Source of the DNA: Candidatus Thalassarchaeum sp.
GTDB lineage: Archaea > Thermoplasmatota > Poseidoniia > Poseidoniales > Thalassarchaeaceae
Assembly: GCA_045559735.1 (NCBI GenBank)
Contig: JBJLJN010000013.1
Location: forward strand, 1,343 to 65,342
Reading direction: 5' to 3'
Length of the DNA stretch: 64,000 bases
The position numbers and the translations under genes were made by a program. Position 1 is the stretch's first letter, and each line of letters opens with the position of its first letter. The notes under the pieces are model-generated. The model was given only the letters and a program-made list of their open reading frames with translations. It made no database searches and was not told the origin of the DNA. Positions 56,195 through 64,000 of the stretch are shown piece after piece.

Positions 56195-59040
56195 ATCTCC
56201 AAGTCGAAGTCCGCCGGGCTATCATCATCTCTGCTTTTCTTGGACACAACCCTGCGAGTCTCCATTTCGGCGGGATCTAGCATGACGTTGCTCGGGTGGG
56301 GTAATTCACCCTCATTCATCCGGTCCGCCATCTCAATGGCAGAGTCGAGATCCTGATCTGTCTGGAACTTATCGAGCACCTCGCTCGCCTGCCCAACGAC
56401 CTCCTCGCTCGGCCCCTTTTTCGGTTTCTCTGACAGACCTCCAGCCTTCTCAAGGAATTCAGCTGCGAATTCCCTCGAGGAGACTTTGGGACCGCCAATC
56501 AAGCCCGGAGCGTGCCCCTCGCCTTCTTCAAATTTCGACATCCACTCTTCTGTGCTCTCAACTGTTGCGGCTCCAATCACTGTATCTGTCTGGGTGACTT
56601 CGTTCCTCTTTCTAAGGGCAATAATTACACCGATGCTACCAGCGACCATGACTATCAGAATCAACATGAACTCGTGCCAAATCTCCAACCAGTCAATCAC
56701 GGATTGTAGGAACGAGGTTTGGCAACAAATGGGAGGCTCTATCTCTGGCCCCAGTAAGAGAACTGAGTCCGTACCAATGAACACTATGGAAGGGTCTCTG
56801 ATTGATCTGACCTCGACTGTGAGAACTAATTCAGAGTCAACAGGAGATTCCGTCGGAACAGTAATCCAAGCCACGAATTCGACTGTGCCCTCGGGAGGTA
56901 CATCCATCATTTCGAATGAACGGTGGTTGTCCGTTCCAGACCCTGTCGAAGAACCTTCGGGGAGGATTAAGCCGAATTGGGTGACGAGATTAGAGTCGAT
57001 ACTCACGATTAAACCGTCGTCCTCATTACCTAAATTTGTCAATAGCCATGTAGAAGTCAGATTATTTTCGGCGGACAACTCTGATGACACAATCTCTGCT
57101 TCCCACGAGTAAATCTCACCGACTGTAATCTCTAGATATAGTTCATCTGGCATCCACTCTCCCATCCATAATTGGATGTAGAATTCAGCAGTTAAGTCAG
57201 CATTGGTTGCCTCAGATACTGTACAAGAAAAATGAATCCCGCCCATTGACTGACCCGGGTCAAGTGTAACAATACTTTGACTAATCTCCACTGAAAGCCA
57301 TTCAGGAACATCTATCGAATTTAGCTCAAAAGTAGAAGACACATCTCCAGTATTCTCTATTCGGAGATAGCCATGACATGTTTCTCCAGGCTTCGTTTCT
57401 TCCATACAGTCATCGTCCTCTAGTGACAAAATCCCTCCAGTACGAGGGACTATGCTCACTCTTTGACTAACCGTGGGTGCCTCTTCGGCAACTCCGTTAT
57501 CCCAGACGATGATGTCGAACTGCAGACTTCCAGGATAGCGTTCGGGAGCTTGGACTTGCAACTGGGCTGTAGCCACATCTCCAGGCGCTATTGAGTCCAA
57601 TTCTGATTTGCTAAGAACTATCGCTGCCCATCCGTCATTAGAGATCGAGAGCCCGGGATTACCAATTCTAGAGCCGTTCTCATCAGTAGCAGCAATCTCG
57701 ATGAAGAGGTCACGCACAGAATTCCCGAGATTCTTGACATCGACAGCCAAGCTAATCACTTCTCCAGGAGATATCGATGCGTTACCACCTCCGGACACGA
57801 TTGCTGCCTCATAGTGGAAGCCGTAGCGCAGTGAGAAGTTGTACCAGTCCTGAGATCCGTCTGGTGTTGTAAGATGCATGCTGAACTGGTGCAGTGTGTT
57901 GGCCAATGGAAAACCACCCTCTACCGGAGGCGAGGTAACGGAGAACTGTACCCACTGCGGAGAGTCAGAGGGAGCTGCGAACGAGTGCCCCGCAGAAGCA
58001 TCCTCAGCATATTGCCAATCAATCCCCCAACTCACTGGTCCAGTGATTGAAATCACGGCCGTGTCATCGACTTCGGCGTTATTGGTGAAATTGAAATTCA
58101 ACCCAATTGACGAATCAGGAGCAATTTCGAACACCGAGCCTGAATCTGGCCCAAATCTGACCTCGGACCTCTCTACCTGCCACGGGTAGGTATAGTTCGG
58201 AGTTTCATTGAATACTGTGGCCGCCGCTGCCTGCTGCAGCTCAAGCACCCTTTCGGGAGAGATCTGACTGGGAGCCTCCCTACCAACCGCTGACTCTCCT
58301 GTGATGGTGGAGTGCATAACACATGCTGCCAGATAGGTTCCGTCTATCGATGGGTGGGATCCATCACTCGAGTATAGCGAGGAGAACGGGGTCCAGCCAT
58401 CGGTTGCATTCTGACCTGATTCCTCAACAGCTCGATGGATGTGCATGAATGCGAGACCGACAGGAGCGATGTATGTGGGGCGATCCGCGGAGGTGATATT
58501 TTCATTGTACATCTCGTAGCCACGCGACACACTCTCTTGCATGCTGGTGTAATCAGGGTGCATCCAATCACCTTCCATTCGCCCCCATGTCATGAAAAGG
58601 ACAGTTTCTCCACCTTTGGATTGGACTCTTCGATCAAGATAAATCAGCCCATCTAGACTGTCCTGCCAGTATTGTGTGTCGATGGCCAATCCGGGAACCT
58701 GAGATTGGTCCTGCAGGATCACATAGTCGTACCGCTGCTGTAGGCTAGTGTTCCAAGAGTGCCCGGGTGTATCTGCTCTCTCAGCATGCTCGCTTAACTT
58801 CAGCCCCCCACTAGTTATTGATGTGACTTGGGCATCCTCACCTGAATCTGTGAGAATACTGTCTAATCTGACAGATAGAGAATTGCTCGATGTGTATGAA
58901 TTACCCATCATCAGTATGTCTAGGGAACTGTCCTTGGCACCTACGCTACCAACGGCCGCCGAAGTGAACGGAGTAGCAGAATATTGTATGGGCAGAATCA
59001 GAATCATCATGAGAATCGCAGCCACGATTCTTCGACCCAT
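56191..59040 (-). CDS. Large exported protein: N-terminal SGNH/DUF4886-like hydrolase domain + CARDB/Ig-like repeats + TM helix + cytoplasmic tail
   Basis: The ORF is trimmed from 59070 to MGRRIVAAILMMILILPIQYSA (ATG 59040..59038). ILMMGNSYTSSNS..YDYVILQDQSQ..VLFMTWGR..DGSHPS resembles SGNH/DUF4886 blocks. CARDB-like strings (VDVKNLGNSVRDLFIEIA; LRIENTGDVSSTFELNS; WLLTNLGNEDDGLIVSI). TM helix FMLILIVMVAGSIGVIIAL. Its stop overlaps the rnhB ATG (ATGA, 56191..56194). Confidence 0.75.
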   Translation of the reverse strand: MGRRIVAAILMMILILPIQYSATPFTSAAVGSVGAKDSSLDILMMGNSYTSSNSLSVRLDSILTDSGEDAQVTSITSGGLKLSEHAERADTPGHSWNTSLQQRYDYVILQDQSQVPGLAIDTQYWQDSLDGLIYLDRRVQSKGGETVLFMTWGRMEGDWMHPDYTSMQESVSRGYEMYNENITSADRPTYIAPVGLAFMHIHRAVEESGQNATDGWTPFSSLYSSDGSHPSIDGTYLAACVMHSTITGESAVGREAPSQISPERVLELQQAAAATVFNETPNYTYPWQVERSEVRFGPDSGSVFEIAPDSSIGLNFNFTNNAEVDDTAVISITGPVSWGIDWQYAEDASAGHSFAAPSDSPQWVQFSVTSPPVEGGFPLANTLHQFSMHLTTPDGSQDWYNFSLRYGFHYEAAIVSGGGNASISPGEVISLAVDVKNLGNSVRDLFIEIAATDENGSRIGNPGLSISNDGWAAIVLSKSELDSIAPGDVATAQLQVQAPERYPGSLQFDIIVWDNGVAEEAPTVSQRVSIVPRTGGILSLEDDDCMEETKPGETCHGYLRIENTGDVSSTFELNSIDVPEWLSVEISQSIVTLDPGQSMGGIHFSCTVSEATNADLTAEFYIQLWMGEWMPDELYLEITVGEIYSWEAEIVSSELSAENNLTSTWLLTNLGNEDDGLIVSIDSNLVTQFGLILPEGSSTGSGTDNHRSFEMMDVPPEGTVEFVAWITVPTESPVDSELVLTVEVRSIRDPSIVFIGTDSVLLLGPEIEPPICCQTSFLQSVIDWLEIWHEFMLILIVMVAGSIGVIIALRKRNEVTQTDTVIGAATVESTEEWMSKFEEGEGHAPGLIGGPKVSSREFAAEFLEKAGGLSEKPKKGPSEEVVGQASEVLDKFQTDQDLDSAIEMADRMNEGELPHPSNVMLDPAEMETRRVVSKKSRDDDSPADFDLEI

Positions 59041-59379
59041 GCTACTATCGAAAATCCAGAAAGATATCATTTCTGCCCCTTTTCGTTACGTTTTGTACAA
59101 AGTATTGATGGTCTGGGGCATAGTTGCACATCTATGGCATCGAAGTGGCCTTTCACGAAGAAACCGGCCGAGCCACGACAGGTCGCTAAGGCCGATCAGA
59201 GAAAGATAGTCGAATACGAACGCAAGCCTGACAAGTCTTCCAAAGAGAAAATAACCGACCGCAGTCACTTGGAGAACGACTCATTCAAGGAAGCAATGGA
59301 TTTGCTCGGTGGAGACTCAGGTGATTGAATGGAACTGAATCCTTTCAATGGGTAGCAAGGACAGGTGTGAGGGAGTAAG

Positions 59380-61128
59380 TCATAGGATTGGATCGGGAGC
59401 AAGTCGATTCAGAGCCTCAACATCGAACTCGCCCGCATTTACTGGAGACCGTAGCCCGAATTCGTTCAGAACCTTGGGCGAGATCTCTCCGAATGAGCCA
59501 ATCTCCAATCCTTCAAACATGATTCTGGCACCTCTCCCTGAAATCCATGGTCCACTAACAGTCTCCTCCAGAGATATCTCGTCGAAGCCAACTCCGAGAT
59601 CTCTGAGGAGTGCTTGAGCCACTCCCTTTGCCGCTGCAAATCCACCTCCGATCTCAGCGCAGGCCCAAGCCACTCTTGGTCGGTTTGCAGACTCCCTAAC
59701 CACATCGCTGAGCTCGTAGACTTTCTGAGGCAACTCATGATGTCTGTTGGATGAGAGGAGGACGAGGAGCGAAGGGAGAATACTCTGCCTGAGTATAGTG
59801 TGCTCGACTGAGATTGGATTGGATATCATAGCCACCCCTCCTATGGGCTCCCATCCGATCTTGTCGAACTGGTCTTTCTCATTGGACAGAGTCAGTCCTT
59901 GAGTCTCTTGGATTCCAAGCGATCGAAGGCTCGACCTTATGCGCCGATGCAGATGAGAGGAGCGCAGTGGAACCGCATCCAGATGCACCTCGGAGAGTTT
60001 CTCAGGGAGGTTCTGATAGCCGAATCCTATGGCTATGTCTTCGACGATGTCAATTGGATGCATTATGTCGCTCCTCCATCGGGGCATCTCAACAATATGC
60101 TCCTTCTCGCCAATAACACAATCGGCCCACTTGTCCTGCTTGTTTGAGCCATCAGTTACTGTCCTTGATTCTAAAAGCAAGCCCCCCATCCTGTTAAGGG
60201 CCACTCCGATTTCGTCTTGACTCAACTCCAATCCGAGAATCTTGCTAATCAAGCTCTCCGGCACTCGATGCTTGACCGGATCTCCGCGTGGTGTATGCAT
60301 CTCATCGCCCGAGTAACTCTTCACCTTGACACTCTCGACCTTTCCTCCCCTCTCATACAGCGACAGGCATACGAGCATCAGGCAAGCCTCGCAAGCCCGA
60401 ATATCCCACCCAGTGACATCAATGAGGAAGTCTTTCGTCGAGTGAGAGACTGTGGTGTGATCACCGTTGATTATTGGTGGAAAGGATAGGATGTCGTCAT
60501 TCGCATCCAAAATGACGGGATATGAGTCGAGTTCCTCCATCAGGTGAGCGTATTCCATGCCCTTGGGATGCTCTTTGAGAATCTGCTTGATACTCATGCT
60601 CCGATTCATCATCAGAGGGACGAATGAGTAAGTCTCCGGTACTGTGAGGACTCTGAATGGGCCTTTCACTGAAGACAGGTCATGAACTCCGATAGAGGCC
60701 AACAAACGCTTCCTCCCAAGAGTCAGATGAAGCTTCTCCTGATGGTCCATCAATGACTGGATGAAAGCCTCGACATCATCCTCGTCATCACCGGTATCTA
60801 CCCCTTTGACGACAGCAGCCAAGACTACCGGCCTGACATTGCCAAGAGAAGGTTCCACAAACATCTCAATTCCACTGGATTCTATCTCCATCGAGGCATC
60901 CACAATTTGACCGTCAGCGAAGTTCCTTGCAGCCCGTGCAAGAGATTCGTGACTCAGCAGGTCCGGTCGATCTGGAAAGACCTCGACCTCCACCGCATCC
61001 TCGTCATTGCCCTCGACAGGACACCCCATAGCGGGCAGCCAATCAGACCAAGACTCAGGCGAGTGCCCGGAGCCATTGAGCTTCTGTATGTATTCAAGCA
61101 GAGAGTGCTGCAGATTCAAAGTAGGCAT
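59380..61128 (-). CDS. pheT: Phenylalanyl-tRNA synthetase beta subunit (archaeal type)
   Basis: 582 aa. N-terminus MPTLNL..VEVEVFPDRPDLLSHESLARAARNF (archaeal PheT B1 domain). B3/4-like and B5-like middle (MPRWRSDIMHPIDIVEDIAIGFGYQN). C-terminal catalytic-like fold (LSNPISVEHTILRQSILPSLL). Confidence 0.9.
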   Translation of the reverse strand: MPTLNLQHSLLEYIQKLNGSGHSPESWSDWLPAMGCPVEGNDEDAVEVEVFPDRPDLLSHESLARAARNFADGQIVDASMEIESSGIEMFVEPSLGNVRPVVLAAVVKGVDTGDDEDDVEAFIQSLMDHQEKLHLTLGRKRLLASIGVHDLSSVKGPFRVLTVPETYSFVPLMMNRSMSIKQILKEHPKGMEYAHLMEELDSYPVILDANDDILSFPPIINGDHTTVSHSTKDFLIDVTGWDIRACEACLMLVCLSLYERGGKVESVKVKSYSGDEMHTPRGDPVKHRVPESLISKILGLELSQDEIGVALNRMGGLLLESRTVTDGSNKQDKWADCVIGEKEHIVEMPRWRSDIMHPIDIVEDIAIGFGYQNLPEKLSEVHLDAVPLRSSHLHRRIRSSLRSLGIQETQGLTLSNEKDQFDKIGWEPIGGVAMISNPISVEHTILRQSILPSLLVLLSSNRHHELPQKVYELSDVVRESANRPRVAWACAEIGGGFAAAKGVAQALLRDLGVGFDEISLEETVSGPWISGRGARIMFEGLEIGSFGEISPKVLNEFGLRSPVNAGEFDVEALNRLAPDPIL

Positions 61129-61135
61129 ACTAACC

Positions 61136-62296
61136 TCAGTTTCCTAGCCACATTGGCAACGGTCGGTCATAGCCGATTAGCCTCAACCCACTGATTGATG
61201 CTGTGTCGTAGTCCAGAGCCCTGAGATTCCTCCGATTTAACTTCTCGAGACCATCTACCCCAAGTTCAACCATCCAGCCTCTGAGTGTGGAACTCAGCCA
61301 GTGCAGAGTCTCTTCGAGTCCGCTTTCGGGAGGAGGTGCTACAAGGACAGAGCATCCAGCTGCCACGCAGATGAGAAGATCCTCAGCACCCGGTGCCTCA
61401 TCCACCTCTATCATTAGGTGACGACCCTGTCCAGTCAGGTTCATTGCCCTGGCTGCGAGGCCTATTCGTGGCAGCGCCGACGCCGCTCTGCTTCCGCCCG
61501 GAGAGGCTGCATCGATCACAGCACCATCAAGATCAAGATCGACAACCAATCTGAAAAGTTGATCCACGCGGTCGACCCGATCACGCAGCAGGACGAGTGA
61601 TTCGTCGCCCATTTTGCTAGTCAAGGAGACTAATATCCCCTCAATCTCGGCATCGTCCATTTGAGGAATATCATCCAGATCGAGAACTATGCCGGCACAA
61701 CCGCTCAGATGCATTGAGCATTCAATGATATTATCTCCGCCAATAAGCAGCAAGTCGCACGCTCTGGGAGAGTGTCTGACGAGAGCCGGCTGCTCTGATT
61801 CAGCCTCGCCCTGCCAGGATTCCGCAGTCTCAATCTCAATGAGCCATGGGGTGGGGAATAACAACCCTCCTTCCTCGGAGCCCAAGGGCATCAGAAGGGT
61901 CAACGGGTCAAGTGAGGTATGAGTGGGCAGCCTTTCAGAGGAAGAGGGGATTAGCGCTATGCTCTCGAAACCCTCTGCTACTGAGGACTGGGGAGGCTCG
62001 ACTGATAGGGAAACAGAGACTTCTGAGGGCGTTAGTACCAGAGCATCCTCTTCGATTGAGAGCCCCATAGGATCTAGGTGTTTAGATATCTCTGAAAGCT
62101 CCTCAGCTTCTATACCTCTCATAGTAGATCCCTCGCCAGGTGGAGGGCAGCTACCGGCGATGACTATGCGTCCACCAGACATTCCCAGGCCGGGTTCTGT
62201 TCCCACCGAGCCGAGTACTACTATAGTACCGCCAGACATACCCGAACCAACTCCCTTGCCCGCATGACCGCGCACTATCAGAGTGCCACCCGACAT
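61136..62296 (-). CDS. 3' fragment of a glutamate-synthase-related gene: GXGXG (GltB domain 3 / FwdC-like) repeats followed by a degenerate GltB FMN-domain-like region
   Basis: MSGGTLIVRGHAGKGVGSGMSGGTIVVLGSVGTEPGLGMSGGRIVIAG (GXGXG beta-helix). The C-terminal part (GSRAASALPRIGLAARAMNLTGQGRHLMIEVDEAPGAEDLLICVAAGCSVLV..GLEKLNRRNLRALDYDTASISGLRLIGY) resembles the end of archaeal GltB FMN domains. The frame stays open upstream of the Met and continues the repeats (HISGGVIIVQGSTGDDSGAG). Confidence 0.7.
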   Translation of the reverse strand: MSGGTLIVRGHAGKGVGSGMSGGTIVVLGSVGTEPGLGMSGGRIVIAGSCPPPGEGSTMRGIEAEELSEISKHLDPMGLSIEEDALVLTPSEVSVSLSVEPPQSSVAEGFESIALIPSSSERLPTHTSLDPLTLLMPLGSEEGGLLFPTPWLIEIETAESWQGEAESEQPALVRHSPRACDLLLIGGDNIIECSMHLSGCAGIVLDLDDIPQMDDAEIEGILVSLTSKMGDESLVLLRDRVDRVDQLFRLVVDLDLDGAVIDAASPGGSRAASALPRIGLAARAMNLTGQGRHLMIEVDEAPGAEDLLICVAAGCSVLVAPPPESGLEETLHWLSSTLRGWMVELGVDGLEKLNRRNLRALDYDTASISGLRLIGYDRPLPMWLGN

Positions 62297-62309
62297 ACCT
62301 GCTCCAGAG

Positions 62310-62690
62310 TCATCGCCTGTAGATCCCTGTACTATGATTACTCCTCCTGAAATATGGGTGTGCGGCCCGTTCAGCAGCGTCCTTTTCTACTACGATGCGA
62401 CCGTCGCGCTGGAAAGCCCCGAGCATTGAGCCCGCAGAACCTTGGAGGGTGAATGTGCCACCGTTGTTCATAGCTCCAGCACACTGCCCCAAATCACCAA
62501 GCAGAAGGACTCTAGAATCATTGGGGAGGTGACTGGCTGCACCTATCTCACCGCTCTTGGGTTTCTCATCTCCGCTTCTGCCCCATCCTATCCTGATGAG
62601 TAGATCCCTTTCCAGAGCCTCATCCAGCATTCCATTCAAATCGCGTGCGAGCTTCATGCTCTTCGCGGTTACCTCACGCATGCTCCTCAT
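62310..62690 (-). CDS. 5' fragment of the same GXGXG (glutamate synthase domain 3-like) gene, terminated by a frameshift
   Basis: LLLGDLGQCAGAMNNGGTFTLQGSAGSMLGAFQRDGRIVVEKDAAERAAH is GXGXG-type. The last 15 codons (PYFRRSNHSTGIYRR*) are out-of-frame junk. Removing one C of the CCC run (plus-strand GGG 62356..62358) joins it to ORF 61136..62296. Confidence 0.7.
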   Translation of the reverse strand: MRSMREVTAKSMKLARDLNGMLDEALERDLLIRIGWGRSGDEKPKSGEIGAASHLPNDSRVLLLGDLGQCAGAMNNGGTFTLQGSAGSMLGAFQRDGRIVVEKDAAERAAHPYFRRSNHSTGIYRR

Positions 62691-62785
62691 TGGGGGGACA
62701 CTATACCACCCGTCTTGACTCTGACGGGCAAGAGGCCTAGCAACACTAGCTTAGACGCCAAATTCGGATTTCCGGAGCGAAGGGT

Positions 62786-63880
62786 ATGTTGATAGGGGTC
62801 ATTCATTGGAGTTGGAACGCCCGAAGGGGCCATGGGGCGCTGTCTTTGATCAGAGTCGCAATAAACGGGTTCGGAACCATCGGCAAGAGAGTTGCCGATG
62901 CGGTAGATGCACAGGACGACATGGAGGTGGCCGGAGTAACCAAGACCGGTCCGAGCTTCGGATGCGACTTGGCCGTCCGCAAAGGCTTCCCTCTGTACTG
63001 CACTCACGATGACCCAGATCGCATCGCAACCTTCGCTGAAGGAGGCTATGAATGCCTCGGCGGGCTGTCCGATCTTCTCGCATCAGCCGACGTGGTGGTC
63101 GACTGCGCTCCAGGTAAGAGAGGGGCTGAGAACCTCTCAAAGTACAAGGCAGCCGGAATCAAGCACATATTCCAAGGAGGGGAGAAACACGACCTCACCG
63201 GATTGTCTTACAATTCGTGCGCCAATCACGACGCCAATCTAGATGCAACAGGAACCAGAGTCGTATCTTGCAACACAACTGGACTTTCTCGTACCTTAGT
63301 TCCCCTCTTCGAGGCGTGCGGCTCCCTCAAAGTCGAATGCACGATGATTAGACGAGCCGCTGACCCAGGAGACTCCAGCAAGGGGCCAATCAATGCAATC
63401 AAACCTGTTCTGAAGGTTCCAAGCCACCACGGCCCAGACTTGATGACTGTGAAACCCGAGATAGAAATCAACTCTCTCGCAGTGGCTGTACCGACGACCA
63501 TCATGCACGTCCATGCGATTATCGCCGATCTACCAAGCGGTCACGGTATGACTACCGAGTCAATTCTGGAACTCTGGGGCATCACCCCAAGAGTCCTGCT
63601 GATGAGCGGCTCGGGAGACCGCTTGACAACCACAGCCGAGGTCATGGAGATGGCTAGAGATATTGGCAGGAAGTGGGGGGATTTGCACGAGGTATTCGTC
63701 TGGGAGGATGCGGTCAGCCTCATGGGCGACAGGCTGTATTACTTCCAAGCCATTCATCAGGAGAGTGATGTCATTCCTGAGAACATAGACTGTATACGCG
63801 CTCTGACTGGCACTGAGCCAGACTGGAAGGCGTCAGTATCTAGGACCGATGAGGCCATATCCAGATACTATGGGATGTAA
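62786..63880 (+). CDS. gap: Glyceraldehyde-3-phosphate dehydrogenase, archaeal type II (phosphorylating, NAD(P)-dependent)
   Basis: IRVAINGFGTIGKRVADAV Rossmann N-terminus, catalytic VVSCNTTGLSRTL, HHGPD and QESDVIPENIDCIRA. The ATG at 62786 adds an atypical 20-aa leader. The in-frame TTG at 62846 (..IRVAING) would give the canonical N-terminus. Confidence 0.9.
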   Translation: MLIGVIHWSWNARRGHGALSLIRVAINGFGTIGKRVADAVDAQDDMEVAGVTKTGPSFGCDLAVRKGFPLYCTHDDPDRIATFAEGGYECLGGLSDLLASADVVVDCAPGKRGAENLSKYKAAGIKHIFQGGEKHDLTGLSYNSCANHDANLDATGTRVVSCNTTGLSRTLVPLFEACGSLKVECTMIRRAADPGDSSKGPINAIKPVLKVPSHHGPDLMTVKPEIEINSLAVAVPTTIMHVHAIIADLPSGHGMTTESILELWGITPRVLLMSGSGDRLTTTAEVMEMARDIGRKWGDLHEVFVWEDAVSLMGDRLYYFQAIHQESDVIPENIDCIRALTGTEPDWKASVSRTDEAISRYYGM

Positions 63881-63949
63881 TCCCATAGTGATGCATAGGT
63901 CATGCATTCAGCATCAACGGTCAAAAAGCCCCCTTAGACTCGCAGAATC

Positions 63950-64000
63950 ATGGATGGGTCCCGTTGGGTTCTCGTTATCCTCCCCGTTCTATTGTTGTCA
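63950..64000 (+). CDS. 5' end of a CDS with a signal-peptide-like start, running off the window
   Basis: ATG 63950 reads MDGSRWVLVILPVLLLS.. to the window edge. Only 17 codons are visible. Confidence 0.3.
   Translation, partial: MDGSRWVLVILPVLLLS

Noticed and set aside
62687-63007. 106-aa minus-strand ORF, with 62803..63003 and 62850..63140, overlapping the 5' end of the GAPDH gene.
   Set aside because: It is antisense to a clearly identified gap gene and has no motifs. The true upstream minus-strand gene (GXGXG) starts at 62690.
63886-63910. Duplicated ATGCAT hexamers (gatgcataggtcatgcattc) downstream of gap, considered as a possible terminator hairpin or operator.
   Set aside because: ATGCAT is self-complementary, but the two copies are direct repeats with a 5-nt spacer. 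They form no meaningful stem, and no T-run follows.
1-64000. Scan for CRISPR arrays, rRNA genes, IS elements/transposases, toxin-antitoxin pairs and restriction-modification genes.
   Set aside because: No regularly spaced direct repeats and no rRNA signature sequences were seen. No ORF showed transposase (DDE), integrase (R..HxxR..Y), methyltransferase or Cas motifs.

Overview
This window reads as an archaeal chromosomal segment, probably from a planktonic euryarchaeote of the Thermoplasmatota / Marine Group II type (inference only). All domain calls were made by eye from the supplied translations and from remembered family motifs, so they need HMM and structure-prediction confirmation.

Archaeal hallmark genes are visible in the ORF translations: CDP-archaeol synthase CarS, STT3-type oligosaccharyltransferase AglB (WWDYG), archaeosine synthase ArcS (DUF5591 + PUA), type II archaeal GAPDH, archaeal PheRS beta subunit, ribosomal protein uS15 (S13e type), RNase HII and a UPF0201 protein. 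PurD, DnaJ, an S8 subtilase and an MBL-fold hydrolase are also present. There is one tRNA (anticodon CAU). I saw no rRNA, CRISPR array, transposase, integrase or prophage-like genes.

The housekeeping genes are interspersed with 12 large, acidic, secreted or membrane-anchored proteins. By my coordinate sum these cover about 38 of the 64 kb. Many carry thrombospondin-type-3-like DxDxDG calcium-binding repeats, beta-helix, CARDB/Ig-like or carboxypeptidase-regulatory-like repeats, plus a C-terminal TM anchor with a charged tail.

Most notable observations:
1. An ~900-aa membrane protein with a TM helix at each end and three collinear motif blocks resembling the eukaryotic CD36 / SR-B / LIMP-2 family.
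2. A 3,164-aa AglB with an extra N-terminal polytopic domain, ~1,800 aa of C-terminal beta-sandwich repeats and a second terminal anchor.
3. A surface-anchored LTD-PhoX-LTD-PLD-PLD fusion.
4. A heavily decayed archaeal-type glutamyl-tRNA synthetase pseudogene inside a ~3 kb stretch without long ORFs.
5. A GXGXG (glutamate-synthase domain 3-like) gene split by a single-nucleotide frameshift.
6. A pyroglutamyl-peptidase / Nudix (MutT-like) fusion.
7. A wHTH-STAND ATPase-TPR regulator next to the surface-protein cluster.
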